Virus record (IMG/VR): IMGVR_UViG_3300032092_000004
Span: 1 to 64,000 of that record
From: a virus
DNA: 64,000 nt
Direction: 5' to 3' (one strand)
The notes beneath the pieces are model-generated. The model did not search any database and had not been told where the DNA came from. It was given only the letters and a program-made list of their open reading frames with translations. A program made the position numbers and the translations under genes. This document shows positions 38,701 to 49,023 of this stretch, one piece after another (within the stretch, counting starts at the first letter, position 1; every line of letters begins with the position of its first letter).

Positions 38701-41345
38701 ACGGAACATCAAACTCTTCATCTATAATTTTTATTAATCAACCACAAGTTAGTCAAGTTACAGGAAGTGTAACACAAGAACAAAGTTATTTACAATATCC
38801 AACAGACGTAGAATATTACCAATTATTAACAGGACTAACTGTAAATGATTTTATAAACACTTCTTTGGGTACATCAGGTTATTACAAAAGTGCTTATTTA
38901 GAACATAACATACAGTTTAATTATCCAATATGTAATGGAAATAATGTTCCTGCTTGTCCATCATTTAGTGCATATACAATTTCAGATGTGATTTACACCA
39001 TGCCAAATTGGCAGAATTATGAGATTTGTATTTTTGTTAGAGGTGTCGATCCTCATACATCACAACAAACAATATCATATGATGTTTCTAAAATTTTTGG
39101 ACATACATCTTTCAACGGAAGTGTTGTGATTAGCGGGAATTATTATTTGAATGTACCAATACAAAGTTCCACTGTACCTCAAAAACCTCAAACACACAAT
39201 ACGACAAATAACAATAATGTTAAATTGTATTTCCCATCTTATAATTTTACAATTACTCCACCAAGTGTTAACCCAAACAATTATAGTGGTTTTACCTCAA
39301 ATTTACCTTATTTTTATTTAAGTACTGATGACTCACCATCATATACATCAGCACCAGGTTGGTTAAACGTATCGACGCAAACTCAAGGCTCTCCTTTTGT
39401 TTATGTAGATGCAAGTTCACAATACACTTTACCAAGAAACCAAGTAAACCCAACAACATATGTTGGGGGTGGTGCGTTTTTAGGATGGATCGGCAACAAT
39501 TCTTTTTCATCAAACATGTTGACTGATACTGCAATATCAGATGATAATCAAAAGAAACAATATTATAATACTAATGCAGGATATTTCCAACAACAATCTT
39601 CATGTGGAGGAAATGGTAATGTAAGTTCTTTATATTCTCCGGCATACTATAATCAATCTTATTCACCTATAAATTTTGTCAATTCACTTCTTATTGTTAT
39701 GAGAAGTGATAGATTACCGACATCTACCTTTGTTGAAAATGGTGGTAACGCAGCAACTGGATTTGCTTTACATCAAAATAATAATTTTACGGTTTATACT
39801 GTTAATGGTCAGTTAGAACCACCATCAATAACTGCAGGTGCTGACCTACCATCAGGTGATAGTTTTGATGAAGGAGGTCCTACATCTGGGTTGACATCAA
39901 CTTTAACATGTGAGGGGATGGTTCCTTTAGAGTGTTATAGTGGTTCGGGAAATAATGTTGGTGTTATACCTGATAATCAATGTTCCATACCTACTAATAG
40001 AATGATTAACGGATGTTACTGTCTTCTTAATAAGAAATATGTTAAAGAATATGGTTCAGATGTTAGATTATTTTTAGAATGGAAAGTTAGATTTACTATG
40101 AACTTCGCGGCTTGTAGGGGGGTGTTTGCTCAAGTGTTCCAAAACAATTGGGTTAACGGAGTTCTGTACATGTTCAATTTCAATAAGAGATTAACTTTTG
40201 GTGTTAATCCATTAATACCAAATTATGATTATTGTACTGATGTTATTGTATTTGATGATATAAACAATAGTTTCTATTATAGATCATCACCTTGGAATAA
40301 GAACATTCAACAGTTTATTGGAAAAAATAAACCACAGGTAAATCCATTGATTCCACAAAGATTTGCCACATTCCCTGGTTTTGGATACAATGACAGACAA
40401 ATCCAATTCCCAACTACACTTGTTGACTTAGGTCCGAGAGATTCTTTCATTAATGAAGTTTGTTGTGGAGCAGGAGAAAATGGATTTGGATCCTACTATG
40501 CCGACCAACAAAAATCAACCTCTTATCAAGATAATTCCGATATCATCCAACTTGGATTCTTATCGAGAATATTGAACGAAGGTGTAAGACAAAGAATACT
40601 CCCAATTGGACAAGGTCAAAATAATACTGAGGGTAAAGGTATTGAACAGTTCTTTAATAGTACAAGAGGTGGTTATAGAATTGATGGTGATTGGGCACAA
40701 ATGTTGTCAATAAATTCAGAATGGAAGGTTTTACCGTTCATAAGTGAAAACCTTTTAGGTCCAAACGCAAATGATTTTATTTTCTTTGGTGATAATTATT
40801 ATCCATCAACTCCTCCATCAGGCGCAAACGACGTAAAACCTGTTATGGGATTATTTTTCCAAACTCCACAAGAAAATTTGAGATATAGAAAAATTGAATC
40901 ACCGGGAATTGAAACTTATAACTTTAATCCACTAATCCAAAACTACTTTGCATACGGTAAATCACAAGAAGTACCACATTACAAGTGGAGTTTGAAACAA
41001 AGTAACCCAAGTCAAAATATATTTGGTACTGAAGATAATAACTGGTATACAAACGTGGTAGGACAAGGGTTCTTCAAGAAAAAGTATCAAGATTTAAATT
41101 TTACAACTTTAGGTGAAAAATACGTTACAAGTACAACTAATTTAGGTTACATTGCAAACTATACGTTAGCTGGTGTACCTGAACCACTTATACCACCTTC
41201 AGTTGTGAATCAGGGACAACCTACAGGTAGTGCTAATCAGGCGGTCGTTGTTGGGGCTCCGTATCATTTTTATTTTGGTTTGAACAACGGTAAAACAGCT
41301 TTGAATAGATTCTATAAACTTTATGTAGCAACAACAGAAGAATGA
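35754..41345 (+). CDS. Large tail/baseplate-associated protein with an N-terminal carboxypeptidase-regulatory-like beta-sandwich and an internal hydrophobic (TM-like) segment
   Basis: GVVVGRVFVNNGFGLPNARVSVF...TNESGDFMIFGVPVGNQTI; ~105-aa hydrophobic stretch; TATTTAT upstream; follows the gp6-like gene. Confidence 0.6.
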   Translation: MPKSYRIRTEVGVDKYINVNLEQDWESLEVLSLKILANDVYTRMCADYGVVVGRVFVNNGFGLPNARVSVFIPLDDADELNPVISELYPYKTITDTNEDGYRYNLLPKLPSYRGHQSTGSFPNVSDVLMDDSYIEVYDKYYRFTVKTNESGDFMIFGVPVGNQTIVMDVDLSDIGCFSLSPQDLIQQGLATESQVNGSTFKSSTNLRELPQIKNLVFDVDVSPFWGDPDLCQVAITRVDFDLTKLANINIQPTSIFMGSIISTTDDDALKVSCKPKNNTGNLCEIVAGPGEILSIRHTINSDDQGLPILEQYQIEEEGKVIDQDGTYLLNVPMNLDYVFTNEFGQQVLSDDPSKGIPTKGRYRFKFKWQNEQGLQGSFQRANFLVPNVREYGWSSYLTDPLTTSSPSTYTYNLGVGVVTGSTLVFATAQGLAEPTTTNVQSYIIYLNGQPYTGTLNAIEITPGTSIQIIANPVDPSQPQVITFKQYPQALFDLYRSYAFSTDWDDYVNKQDAIDCEDTFYEFQYNKVYTTAMFLDRYKNGIGRAKHLGIKEIDNRTCKSTVNTFPVNDIIKNFDPIFFVFNVLVNILTFPILVLLFVAHLIALLWPVLKYLLLFLGPYIVYQGVSAGIDLVYYITSLGDFAPLGGPVISIGTILQIIAQGLKVIVQVAAGLAFTYFYTKFLIENTQNGRIDNFPRIGLPMIAYPDCTSCDCDCGTASIDDDFDANTLAQEQQTIQNGLQDPDSGLGYDVTLAQPNSIIAPVNSAGSYDINHPNFENDANGDDPFQCGNTGGYKTFQSLLGQNDIDTAVAVKASIDFKRIISGYDVISSTDPNKLYNNELYLLHAPQPFLWSANKQGLGVADERYFAYPTTTTFPQQLNQFNTRDKYFSGVNQIKTTVNPTSGSTPFFDQVVVVLMNSGTAASITPGGLCSFQDPNYMDSGSQFRMRNLTGATLNQFSNNAITGLTTTGVTTYTVNYANPTNPNGTSNSSSIIFINQPQVSQVTGSVTQEQSYLQYPTDVEYYQLLTGLTVNDFINTSLGTSGYYKSAYLEHNIQFNYPICNGNNVPACPSFSAYTISDVIYTMPNWQNYEICIFVRGVDPHTSQQTISYDVSKIFGHTSFNGSVVISGNYYLNVPIQSSTVPQKPQTHNTTNNNNVKLYFPSYNFTITPPSVNPNNYSGFTSNLPYFYLSTDDSPSYTSAPGWLNVSTQTQGSPFVYVDASSQYTLPRNQVNPTTYVGGGAFLGWIGNNSFSSNMLTDTAISDDNQKKQYYNTNAGYFQQQSSCGGNGNVSSLYSPAYYNQSYSPINFVNSLLIVMRSDRLPTSTFVENGGNAATGFALHQNNNFTVYTVNGQLEPPSITAGADLPSGDSFDEGGPTSGLTSTLTCEGMVPLECYSGSGNNVGVIPDNQCSIPTNRMINGCYCLLNKKYVKEYGSDVRLFLEWKVRFTMNFAACRGVFAQVFQNNWVNGVLYMFNFNKRLTFGVNPLIPNYDYCTDVIVFDDINNSFYYRSSPWNKNIQQFIGKNKPQVNPLIPQRFATFPGFGYNDRQIQFPTTLVDLGPRDSFINEVCCGAGENGFGSYYADQQKSTSYQDNSDIIQLGFLSRILNEGVRQRILPIGQGQNNTEGKGIEQFFNSTRGGYRIDGDWAQMLSINSEWKVLPFISENLLGPNANDFIFFGDNYYPSTPPSGANDVKPVMGLFFQTPQENLRYRKIESPGIETYNFNPLIQNYFAYGKSQEVPHYKWSLKQSNPSQNIFGTEDNNWYTNVVGQGFFKKKYQDLNFTTLGEKYVTSTTNLGYIANYTLAGVPEPLIPPSVVNQGQPTGSANQAVVVGAPYHFYFGLNNGKTALNRFYKLYVATTEE

Positions 41346-43138
41346 TGACAGTAGATCCATCAACAAGAATAATAGAATCAACGCAAAGGTATAAATCAGC
41401 ACCAAAAGTTGATCAATTTATAAACATACCATTTGCTCAAACTTCAAAAGATTTAATTGAGTATGATAGAAGTGTTGATTTGAATTTGGCAACTGTCTTT
41501 GATGAAGAAAGACAAGCATCCACAATATTCAGACCTGTTACAAAATTCACAGTTTTATTTGAAAATGCGTATACGGGATCAACAAAATATGTCCCATACA
41601 GAGATAATTTGTATTATACTAATGAATTAAATAATGCTATTCTATATTATCCAGCGGGAAATTTTGGACCAAATCCATCAACAGTTCAAACAGTTCCATG
41701 GACAGGATTTCCACAATATTCTGAATTTGATTTTATAAGAACGGATAATGATGTTATTGGTTATACTCAACCACCAAACAATCATTTAAATTTTAAAAAT
41801 GTAAGTGCAACAACTTATAATTGGAGTCATTATTTAAGTTATGCTTTTACAAATGATTATAATAAAAATTTATTTGCCGTCGAACCTAATACTTCTATTA
41901 ATTGGTCTTGGGTTGCGTCAGATGGTTTACCATATTATATAATGGTGGGTAATGATTTAAACGGTCTAAATATAAAATTTAAGTGTCCTGTAGAACACGG
42001 TTTACAAGTAGGTGAGTTTGTTTTATTATCAACTAATTACAACGGAACAGTAATGTTCCAAGTCTCAAGTTTAGGTGATCCTGGTGACGGATCCGACGCA
42101 TTCATTTTTAACATTAAAAACATTGGTTATACAGGAACTACATTTCAAACAAACTCACAAGGTACATTCAAAAGAGTCATAAATGCCGCTAATTCTGCGG
42201 ATACAATAAGTGAGTATTACGTTAGAAAACATAAGATATTAACCAATCAAGAATGTTCAGTTTTAGTAAATGCTGGATTTGAAAGAAATATTTATGGTGA
42301 CAAAAGAAAATGTGAGGCAAAAGTCCTAACACCAAATAATAAAGCGAGAGTTTCAACAAAAGAAGGAAACAGATCATACACCCTTTCGTTTAACTGTGAT
42401 ATTGATATACAACCATTGAGAGATAATCAAGGCAGACCTTTGAGTGAATTATTTTTTACATCAATTTGGAGGGGATATTTTGGGTGGACAAAAGATCTTA
42501 AACAAGGATGGTACTTCAATACATTCTTAGAAGATAAAAAACCACAATCATGGTGGGATGACAACAATATTAACTCAAACGTAATCGTTAATCAAAATAG
42601 TTATGTTTCATTGTTAGGATCGGGACCTTTTTTTTATAATGATTTTTTACAATCTGGTGATACAATAGACGGTGATTATTGTGAATGGAATAATTATGAA
42701 CAATTTGAAAGAGTTATATCTTTATATCAACATAAAATAAAATATAACCAATCATGGTTTACACTTTATAATGAATTTATACCAACAAACCAACCTGGTT
42801 ATTTTTATCAACCACACAGTGCAATACAGATTGCTGCTTTCTCCGACTATATAGAGGAAGGTAGTTCGTCAAACGTTGTTGGTATTCCTGATTACGCTTA
42901 CTACTCTACTATGGCCGCATTATTCAGATGGAGAGATAAATATCCTTATGGATTCATCGATACTGATGGTATTGGTGTTGATTATCCATTTTTAAACAAT
43001 GCTCATTACCCTTATAAAAATACAATTTTTAGAATTACTCCTGAATTATATAATATACCAAACGATTATGCAATTTCAGGTTCGGTTCCATTGAACATAA
43101 CAACAATAGCAGAACCAACGACAGATGAATGCGAATAG
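41342..43138 (+). CDS. Putative structural protein
   Basis: Overlaps the upstream stop codon; beta-rich composition; HGLQVGEFVLL beta-barrel motif common in phage tail proteins. Confidence 0.6.
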   Translation: MMTVDPSTRIIESTQRYKSAPKVDQFINIPFAQTSKDLIEYDRSVDLNLATVFDEERQASTIFRPVTKFTVLFENAYTGSTKYVPYRDNLYYTNELNNAILYYPAGNFGPNPSTVQTVPWTGFPQYSEFDFIRTDNDVIGYTQPPNNHLNFKNVSATTYNWSHYLSYAFTNDYNKNLFAVEPNTSINWSWVASDGLPYYIMVGNDLNGLNIKFKCPVEHGLQVGEFVLLSTNYNGTVMFQVSSLGDPGDGSDAFIFNIKNIGYTGTTFQTNSQGTFKRVINAANSADTISEYYVRKHKILTNQECSVLVNAGFERNIYGDKRKCEAKVLTPNNKARVSTKEGNRSYTLSFNCDIDIQPLRDNQGRPLSELFFTSIWRGYFGWTKDLKQGWYFNTFLEDKKPQSWWDDNNINSNVIVNQNSYVSLLGSGPFFYNDFLQSGDTIDGDYCEWNNYEQFERVISLYQHKIKYNQSWFTLYNEFIPTNQPGYFYQPHSAIQIAAFSDYIEEGSSSNVVGIPDYAYYSTMAALFRWRDKYPYGFIDTDGIGVDYPFLNNAHYPYKNTIFRITPELYNIPNDYAISGSVPLNITTIAEPTTDECE

Positions 43139-43928
43139 AATAAAAATATTAAAAACCGAACTTGAACAGTTTGTTAATATACCAATTAACATGCAATGGG
43201 ATTTTACGGGAAAAGACGATGCTATTGATGAATATGAAGTAAGTGTTATTGATCAAGTTATTGGTCCTGCCGCGGACTTTGAAATTGCAAGATTTTCACA
43301 TAACGTATTCCAAAACCAAGATACAGGAATTAATTATGAATTTTATTTTTATGATGATTCGCAACCAATAACCGCAAATACTGTTGGTAACTGGACCATC
43401 TCATATTTAAATAACGGGTTTACAGCTGAAGAAATTTACTACTATTCAAAACCATTCACTAAATCCTTCTTCAAATTGGATTTTTATGACACTGCTGATG
43501 AAAGAGATCAACAAATTTATTTATCGGTAATTTTACCTGTACAACAAGGGTTAACTCAAACTGTTGTGATATCACCTTTAGTTCCACCTGTCGATATTAA
43601 AAAACCAAAAATGGTTTTAGATTATTTAGGTGATAAAGAAGGATTTTTTATTTATTGGTTAAGAAGCAGAGATTTTATAGATGTTGACACCTTTTATGTT
43701 ACCGCAAAATTTTTTGATGCTAGATTAGGAGTTTTCAAACAAATGACTAACACAAGACAAGATCTAATATCACCAACCAAATTTACTTTTAATAATGCAG
43801 ACTATTTCTATTATAGATATAGTTTAAATTATACTACTAAAACTTACGAGGTATTCTCCACTTCAACAAACTTAAGAGTTGGGGACGGATTATCACCGAT
43901 AAAATGGTATGAATATGTTAATCCATAA
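43125..43928 (+). CDS. Putative structural protein
   Basis: Overlapping ORF in the baseplate operon; aromatic-rich. Confidence 0.55.
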   Translation: MNANRIKILKTELEQFVNIPINMQWDFTGKDDAIDEYEVSVIDQVIGPAADFEIARFSHNVFQNQDTGINYEFYFYDDSQPITANTVGNWTISYLNNGFTAEEIYYYSKPFTKSFFKLDFYDTADERDQQIYLSVILPVQQGLTQTVVISPLVPPVDIKKPKMVLDYLGDKEGFFIYWLRSRDFIDVDTFYVTAKFFDARLGVFKQMTNTRQDLISPTKFTFNNADYFYYRYSLNYTTKTYEVFSTSTNLRVGDGLSPIKWYEYVNP

Positions 43929-45103
43929 TGGAATTACAACAATATAATTTCATAATTTCTCCTGAAAACATCAAGAGTGATTTGGTATTTGTTCCTTATA
44001 CAGGGGAAACAGATATAACAACAATCATAGATCCTTGTTGTTTAACGGCATCAACATTTAGTGCGACAACAACAGGAACGACCGGAGTTTACTTACCAAT
44101 GGAGTATGTATTATCGGGGAATACAGGAGGTACATCATTTCTGACTGGATTAACAGTCAATCTGATGTTTACAGAATCAACAGTGGATATTGGGTATTAT
44201 TCACCAACGGATGGTTTAATTTTACAACTTGATGTTTTAAATAATTTTATTGCAACCGCAAATACCATCAATCCATATACTTTCACATTTTATAACACTT
44301 CTGACTTAGAACTAATAAAATTCTTACAATTAGTAACTTATACTTTGGATTGGGGTGATGGATCCGCACCACAGGCTGTTTTAGGTATTTCACCGATAAC
44401 TCATACATATCCTGTTAGTCAAACATCATACACAATAACCCTTACGGCAAATTCCCCATGGGGTATCTCAAAAGTACAAAAAGATGTTATTGTACCTTAT
44501 ACAAACGCAACAATACCAAATCCAAACGGATCTATAACTTTTTATCCTGCGGGAGGTAATTGGTCTGCAACACCAATAAGTTATGATTATATTTTTACAG
44601 GAGACTCAAATACGAACATAAATGATTATTATTCCTACAATTACACTTCGGTTCCATTTCCAATAACAGGTTTAACCTTATCTTCTGTTAACGACTTAGC
44701 ACAATTTGGACCCAAAACAAATTTATACGACGGTAAATTTAAATTAGGAGTCCAAGTAACGGGAACAACAGGTGCGATTGGAACATATTGGGGACCAGAT
44801 CCAAGTAACTCATATACAGCTTATACCATAAATGGTATGACTTATTTAGATTACGAAGATTATACGATTTATGTTACAGATTCTTACGGTTTAGTTCCTG
44901 GTGACATCGTATTATCGGCATTAACAAAAAACGAAGCATTATTAAATGTTATTGATCAACCTGAAATTATAACTAATGTTTATGTTGAGAGAGGTAAATA
45001 CACACCATTAGAAAATATACAAAGGATTGGTGAAGTTGATAATGTAGGGGACTTAGAAAAATACGGATACAAATATTTCAACATTGAAAAAGTATCAACA
45101 TAA
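43928..45103 (+). CDS. PKD-domain structural protein
   Basis: YTLDWGDGS...ITHTY...YTITLTANSPWG PKD signature. Confidence 0.75.
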   Translation: MELQQYNFIISPENIKSDLVFVPYTGETDITTIIDPCCLTASTFSATTTGTTGVYLPMEYVLSGNTGGTSFLTGLTVNLMFTESTVDIGYYSPTDGLILQLDVLNNFIATANTINPYTFTFYNTSDLELIKFLQLVTYTLDWGDGSAPQAVLGISPITHTYPVSQTSYTITLTANSPWGISKVQKDVIVPYTNATIPNPNGSITFYPAGGNWSATPISYDYIFTGDSNTNINDYYSYNYTSVPFPITGLTLSSVNDLAQFGPKTNLYDGKFKLGVQVTGTTGAIGTYWGPDPSNSYTAYTINGMTYLDYEDYTIYVTDSYGLVPGDIVLSALTKNEALLNVIDQPEIITNVYVERGKYTPLENIQRIGEVDNVGDLEKYGYKYFNIEKVST

Positions 45104-45130
45104 CTATTTATAAAAAAAAAGAAAACACAA

Positions 45131-46036
45131 ATGGCTACAGGTAATTACGGAACTATTAGACCAGCGGATGTCAGTCCTGAAGACGTAGAGATCGTTATGG
45201 TTTATACACAATCAAGAGATGACACACAAAACTTTATTTTAACAACGTTGAACGCTCAAGATGTCTTAAGACCATACTTCAATAATAACGCAACAGGAGG
45301 TAATACTGTTGAAGTTTTAGGTGGGTTGTATAGTTTAAAACTACCTGCCGATCAGTTTACAAGTTTGGGGATTTACACTCTAATGATTAGACCTGCACAA
45401 ATTAGAACAACTATTACTGATTGTGGTGTTTTATCCGCATTACCAAATGTTAAAGGGATAGTAATTGATTTAAATAATGTCCCATCACAATATAGAAATA
45501 AGTTTGTTAATCAAGGACTTGTAGGATTTAGAGTTGAATACTTAAATCCTGATGGGACAAAAATTCCTAACTTCTTTAGAATAATAACATCTTCATTCTA
45601 TTGTGAACCAGTTATCCAAAACTTAACTAACACAATTCAAAAGTCTATTAGGTATAGATATGTGGAAGGGGCAACAAATCTTTTATTTTGTACACTTTCA
45701 CCATCTTCATCACCAACAAACAAACCAAGTGCAACACCTTATATTGGACAACCTAATCAAAGTATTATCATAAGTAATACTTATTTTAACCCAATATCAA
45801 CAGAAATTGAAATAGTTGACCAAGACATCTCGACGTTGGCAATAGCACTTTATGGCAATCAAACTAAATCTATTGAGGACGGTATTTACACAATCTACGA
45901 CGCTGACAACAACATCTACCAACAATACAACTTGTATGAAATTAAAGATCAGTTCAATACTCTTCTTTATGAGGTTAGACAAAATCGTAATGAAAATATC
46001 GATTTCTCTAAAGCTTTTAATAATATTGTTGCTTAA
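45131..46036 (+). CDS. Putative baseplate/structural protein
   Basis: TATTTATA upstream (45105); coupled to the gp7-like gene. Confidence 0.55.
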   Translation: MATGNYGTIRPADVSPEDVEIVMVYTQSRDDTQNFILTTLNAQDVLRPYFNNNATGGNTVEVLGGLYSLKLPADQFTSLGIYTLMIRPAQIRTTITDCGVLSALPNVKGIVIDLNNVPSQYRNKFVNQGLVGFRVEYLNPDGTKIPNFFRIITSSFYCEPVIQNLTNTIQKSIRYRYVEGATNLLFCTLSPSSSPTNKPSATPYIGQPNQSIIISNTYFNPISTEIEIVDQDISTLAIALYGNQTKSIEDGIYTIYDADNNIYQQYNLYEIKDQFNTLLYEVRQNRNENIDFSKAFNNIVA

Positions 46037-49023
46037 TGGCTATACAGAAGTTTACTTGTCCACCTCAAAGTAGTGCCGCCAATGAATTCTCAAATAATTT
46101 GGTTGGAGTTCAGTTAGTTACTGGAGGAGGTTTAACGCAAGCAAATTTTAACTTTACAACAAATATTTCTGAAAAGCAGAATAGAACATTTAATATTGGT
46201 ACGTTTTCAGATCCGATAAATCTTGAGAGTATAAACATCGATAATAATGTTGAAGCTGCCGAAATCTTAGCTAACAACTATAGAGTTTACCCAAATTATG
46301 ATTTATCACAAGTAACAAACTTTACTCAATATGGTTCCTTGGTTAAAAGATTTTCAGTTTCAATAACTAAGATAATCAACTTTTATCCTGCAGGATTAGA
46401 GGTTTCACCAAACACAAACAAGTTTATAACTCAAGAAACCGCATTTAATATTACTTACGATGCGGTTGAAAATGATACAACATTTGAAGTATTAATATCA
46501 TCAATTAGAAATCCATTTGATATTGATTACACTGTAAATGCTGAGACAAATATGATGTTTAATGAGATGGAAGTTTCATCTTTGAGAAACATGAAGTTGG
46601 AGTATAAAAAATATGCGTTAATTCTAAATGGTAATGAATATCCTGTTAACTATTTATACCCAACCACAAATGACTCGACAACATTAAAGTTAATTGTCGA
46701 TGGAAATCCATTTGGGGGTAATGCAATATCATATGATTATATAGTTATAAGACCAAACAACTATGAGGTTAACAGAGTTTTTAACCTTAAATTTGATCCC
46801 GTTGAAAATTTCCTACTAAATAGAAACATTAATCCACCATATACCGCAACTTTTACCGTTCCAAGAGAACAAGATGACGGTACATTTAAAATCACGACTG
46901 AACTTGCAACGTTTCCTAAATCAGGACTTTGGAACTTAGATATTGAATCACAAACATTTGATAACTACCTAACACAAATAAATGATTTTGCAATAAACCT
47001 TGATTCATATAATACTAACTTAGTTTCAAGATTTTTAACAACAGGTGCTTTAAAAGAGTTTGATACACCTGATCATAAATTTGAAAAACTTTTACAGATT
47101 TATGGTAGAAGTTTTGACGAAACTAAGGCTTTCATTTCGGCATTAGGTAATATTAATAGTGTTCATTATACTGTTAAGAATGATATACCGTCACAACTTT
47201 TAAAAAATTTAGCACAAACATTAGGTTGGGTAACAAATTTTTCACCTATATCTAATGAAGAATTGTTACAAGCAGTTTTTACGACACAACCAAATACTTT
47301 TCCTGGTTTACAAATCGGACCAACACCTGAAGAAATCAATTATCAATTTTATAGAAATTTGATTTTGAATTCTGCTTGGTTGTTTAAATCAAAAGGAACT
47401 AGAAAATCTATTGAATGTCTTTTAAGAATGGTTGGGGCACCTGAAGCCTTAATAGATTTTAACGAACATATTTATGTTGCTGATCAAAGAATAAACATGA
47501 GTGAGTTCAATCAACAATATTTACAATTATCAGGAGGGACTTTTCTACAAGAATATCCTGTATTAGAAACTAACAACACATATTCAATACAAGGAGTTCA
47601 ATATACTGGTTTTACCACAACATTTGCAAACGCAACTGTATTAACAACAAGGGAAGATTACCCCGTTGATGAATTTGGATGCCCAAAAATGCCAACACCA
47701 ACAGAAGAGTACTTTTTCCAAATTGGTGGGGGTTGGTTTGAATCAACACCTCAACACAGAATGCCAGAATTTGCAATCCCAACAAATCAAGTATTCACAG
47801 GTAATAATCCTAATTTCCAAACACAACTTTTACCTTTCAATTACGGTGAGGAATATTTGCAACTTTACAGAAATTTCCCTTATATGAATTTGGGGTATAA
47901 GATTAGAAGAGTTCAGGATAACAAAAAAAGTTGGAGTGATACGTCACCAACACAAAGAGTAAGTTTTGATGGTGGATTTAATGCTTATTATGAAGTTGGT
48001 GAAGAATGTTTAACATTGAATGTGAAAAATGTTGACATCATGATGAATCCTGCTCAAGGTTTGGTTTATGATGTTTGGACAATGTCTAGACAATATAATT
48101 ACCCAATACCTGAAGAAGGTTTATTCTACACTCCACCAACACCTTGTAATGTACCAAATCCATACCCAAGATATGGAGGAATAGATTGGACAACAATTAT
48201 TCCAAAACCAAAACAAAAAACTTTCTTTGAATTTGCTCAAACATTTTGGAGAAACATGGTTAACACAAGAAACCGTCAATATATTACTGATGGTAAAACT
48301 GGCGGTTACCCTACATTACAATCAATATATTGGAGATACTTAGAGTCTCAAACACAAGCAGGTGTACCAAACGATAATTTTACATACCAAACAATGATAG
48401 ACTATATTAATGGTATGGGTGACTATTGGATTAGAATGGTTGAACAAATGGTTCCTGCAACTACAATATGGAATACAGGTGTTAGATTAGAAAACTCTAT
48501 ATTCCATAGACAAAAATTTGTATGGAGAAGACAAGAAGGATGTAAGATTGTTCCTGTCCCTTGTAAACCTTGTTCTTTGGCAACACAATTGTTTGTATAT
48601 GATTGTCCTGTACAACAAGTGGTTTGTGGTCTTTATCCATGGAATAGTAACCCAACAATCACATCTATGGGTGCTGTATTGAATGATACTTTAGATACTT
48701 TTTATAGTCAAAATTCATTAAACGCAAATGACTGTTCACAAAACTCTGTCATAACTACTTGGAATGTAGATTTAAGAGTAAATGGGGTTATACTTGTGAT
48801 ATCACCATTCTATACAGGTATTGGACCATTTAACGTCCCTACTAACACAGAATGGGTGAATGCTTTAAGTGACACATTAAATAATTTACTAACCTCAGGG
48901 TATAGTTATAATATTGATGAGGATACTGAACAAATAACGGTGTTTAACAATAATTGTCAACCAAATTTTGATGACTTCCAAATAAACATAGGACTTGAGT
49001 TCGAAATATATTGTAACGGATAA
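46036..49023 (+). CDS. Baseplate wedge protein (T4 gp7 / P2 gpI-like)
   Basis: IPSQLLKNLAQTLGW...LILNSAWLFKSKGTRKSIECLLRMVG...MVEQMVPATT. Confidence 0.7.
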   Translation: MAIQKFTCPPQSSAANEFSNNLVGVQLVTGGGLTQANFNFTTNISEKQNRTFNIGTFSDPINLESINIDNNVEAAEILANNYRVYPNYDLSQVTNFTQYGSLVKRFSVSITKIINFYPAGLEVSPNTNKFITQETAFNITYDAVENDTTFEVLISSIRNPFDIDYTVNAETNMMFNEMEVSSLRNMKLEYKKYALILNGNEYPVNYLYPTTNDSTTLKLIVDGNPFGGNAISYDYIVIRPNNYEVNRVFNLKFDPVENFLLNRNINPPYTATFTVPREQDDGTFKITTELATFPKSGLWNLDIESQTFDNYLTQINDFAINLDSYNTNLVSRFLTTGALKEFDTPDHKFEKLLQIYGRSFDETKAFISALGNINSVHYTVKNDIPSQLLKNLAQTLGWVTNFSPISNEELLQAVFTTQPNTFPGLQIGPTPEEINYQFYRNLILNSAWLFKSKGTRKSIECLLRMVGAPEALIDFNEHIYVADQRINMSEFNQQYLQLSGGTFLQEYPVLETNNTYSIQGVQYTGFTTTFANATVLTTREDYPVDEFGCPKMPTPTEEYFFQIGGGWFESTPQHRMPEFAIPTNQVFTGNNPNFQTQLLPFNYGEEYLQLYRNFPYMNLGYKIRRVQDNKKSWSDTSPTQRVSFDGGFNAYYEVGEECLTLNVKNVDIMMNPAQGLVYDVWTMSRQYNYPIPEEGLFYTPPTPCNVPNPYPRYGGIDWTTIIPKPKQKTFFEFAQTFWRNMVNTRNRQYITDGKTGGYPTLQSIYWRYLESQTQAGVPNDNFTYQTMIDYINGMGDYWIRMVEQMVPATTIWNTGVRLENSIFHRQKFVWRRQEGCKIVPVPCKPCSLATQLFVYDCPVQQVVCGLYPWNSNPTITSMGAVLNDTLDTFYSQNSLNANDCSQNSVITTWNVDLRVNGVILVISPFYTGIGPFNVPTNTEWVNALSDTLNNLLTSGYSYNIDEDTEQITVFNNNCQPNFDDFQINIGLEFEIYCNG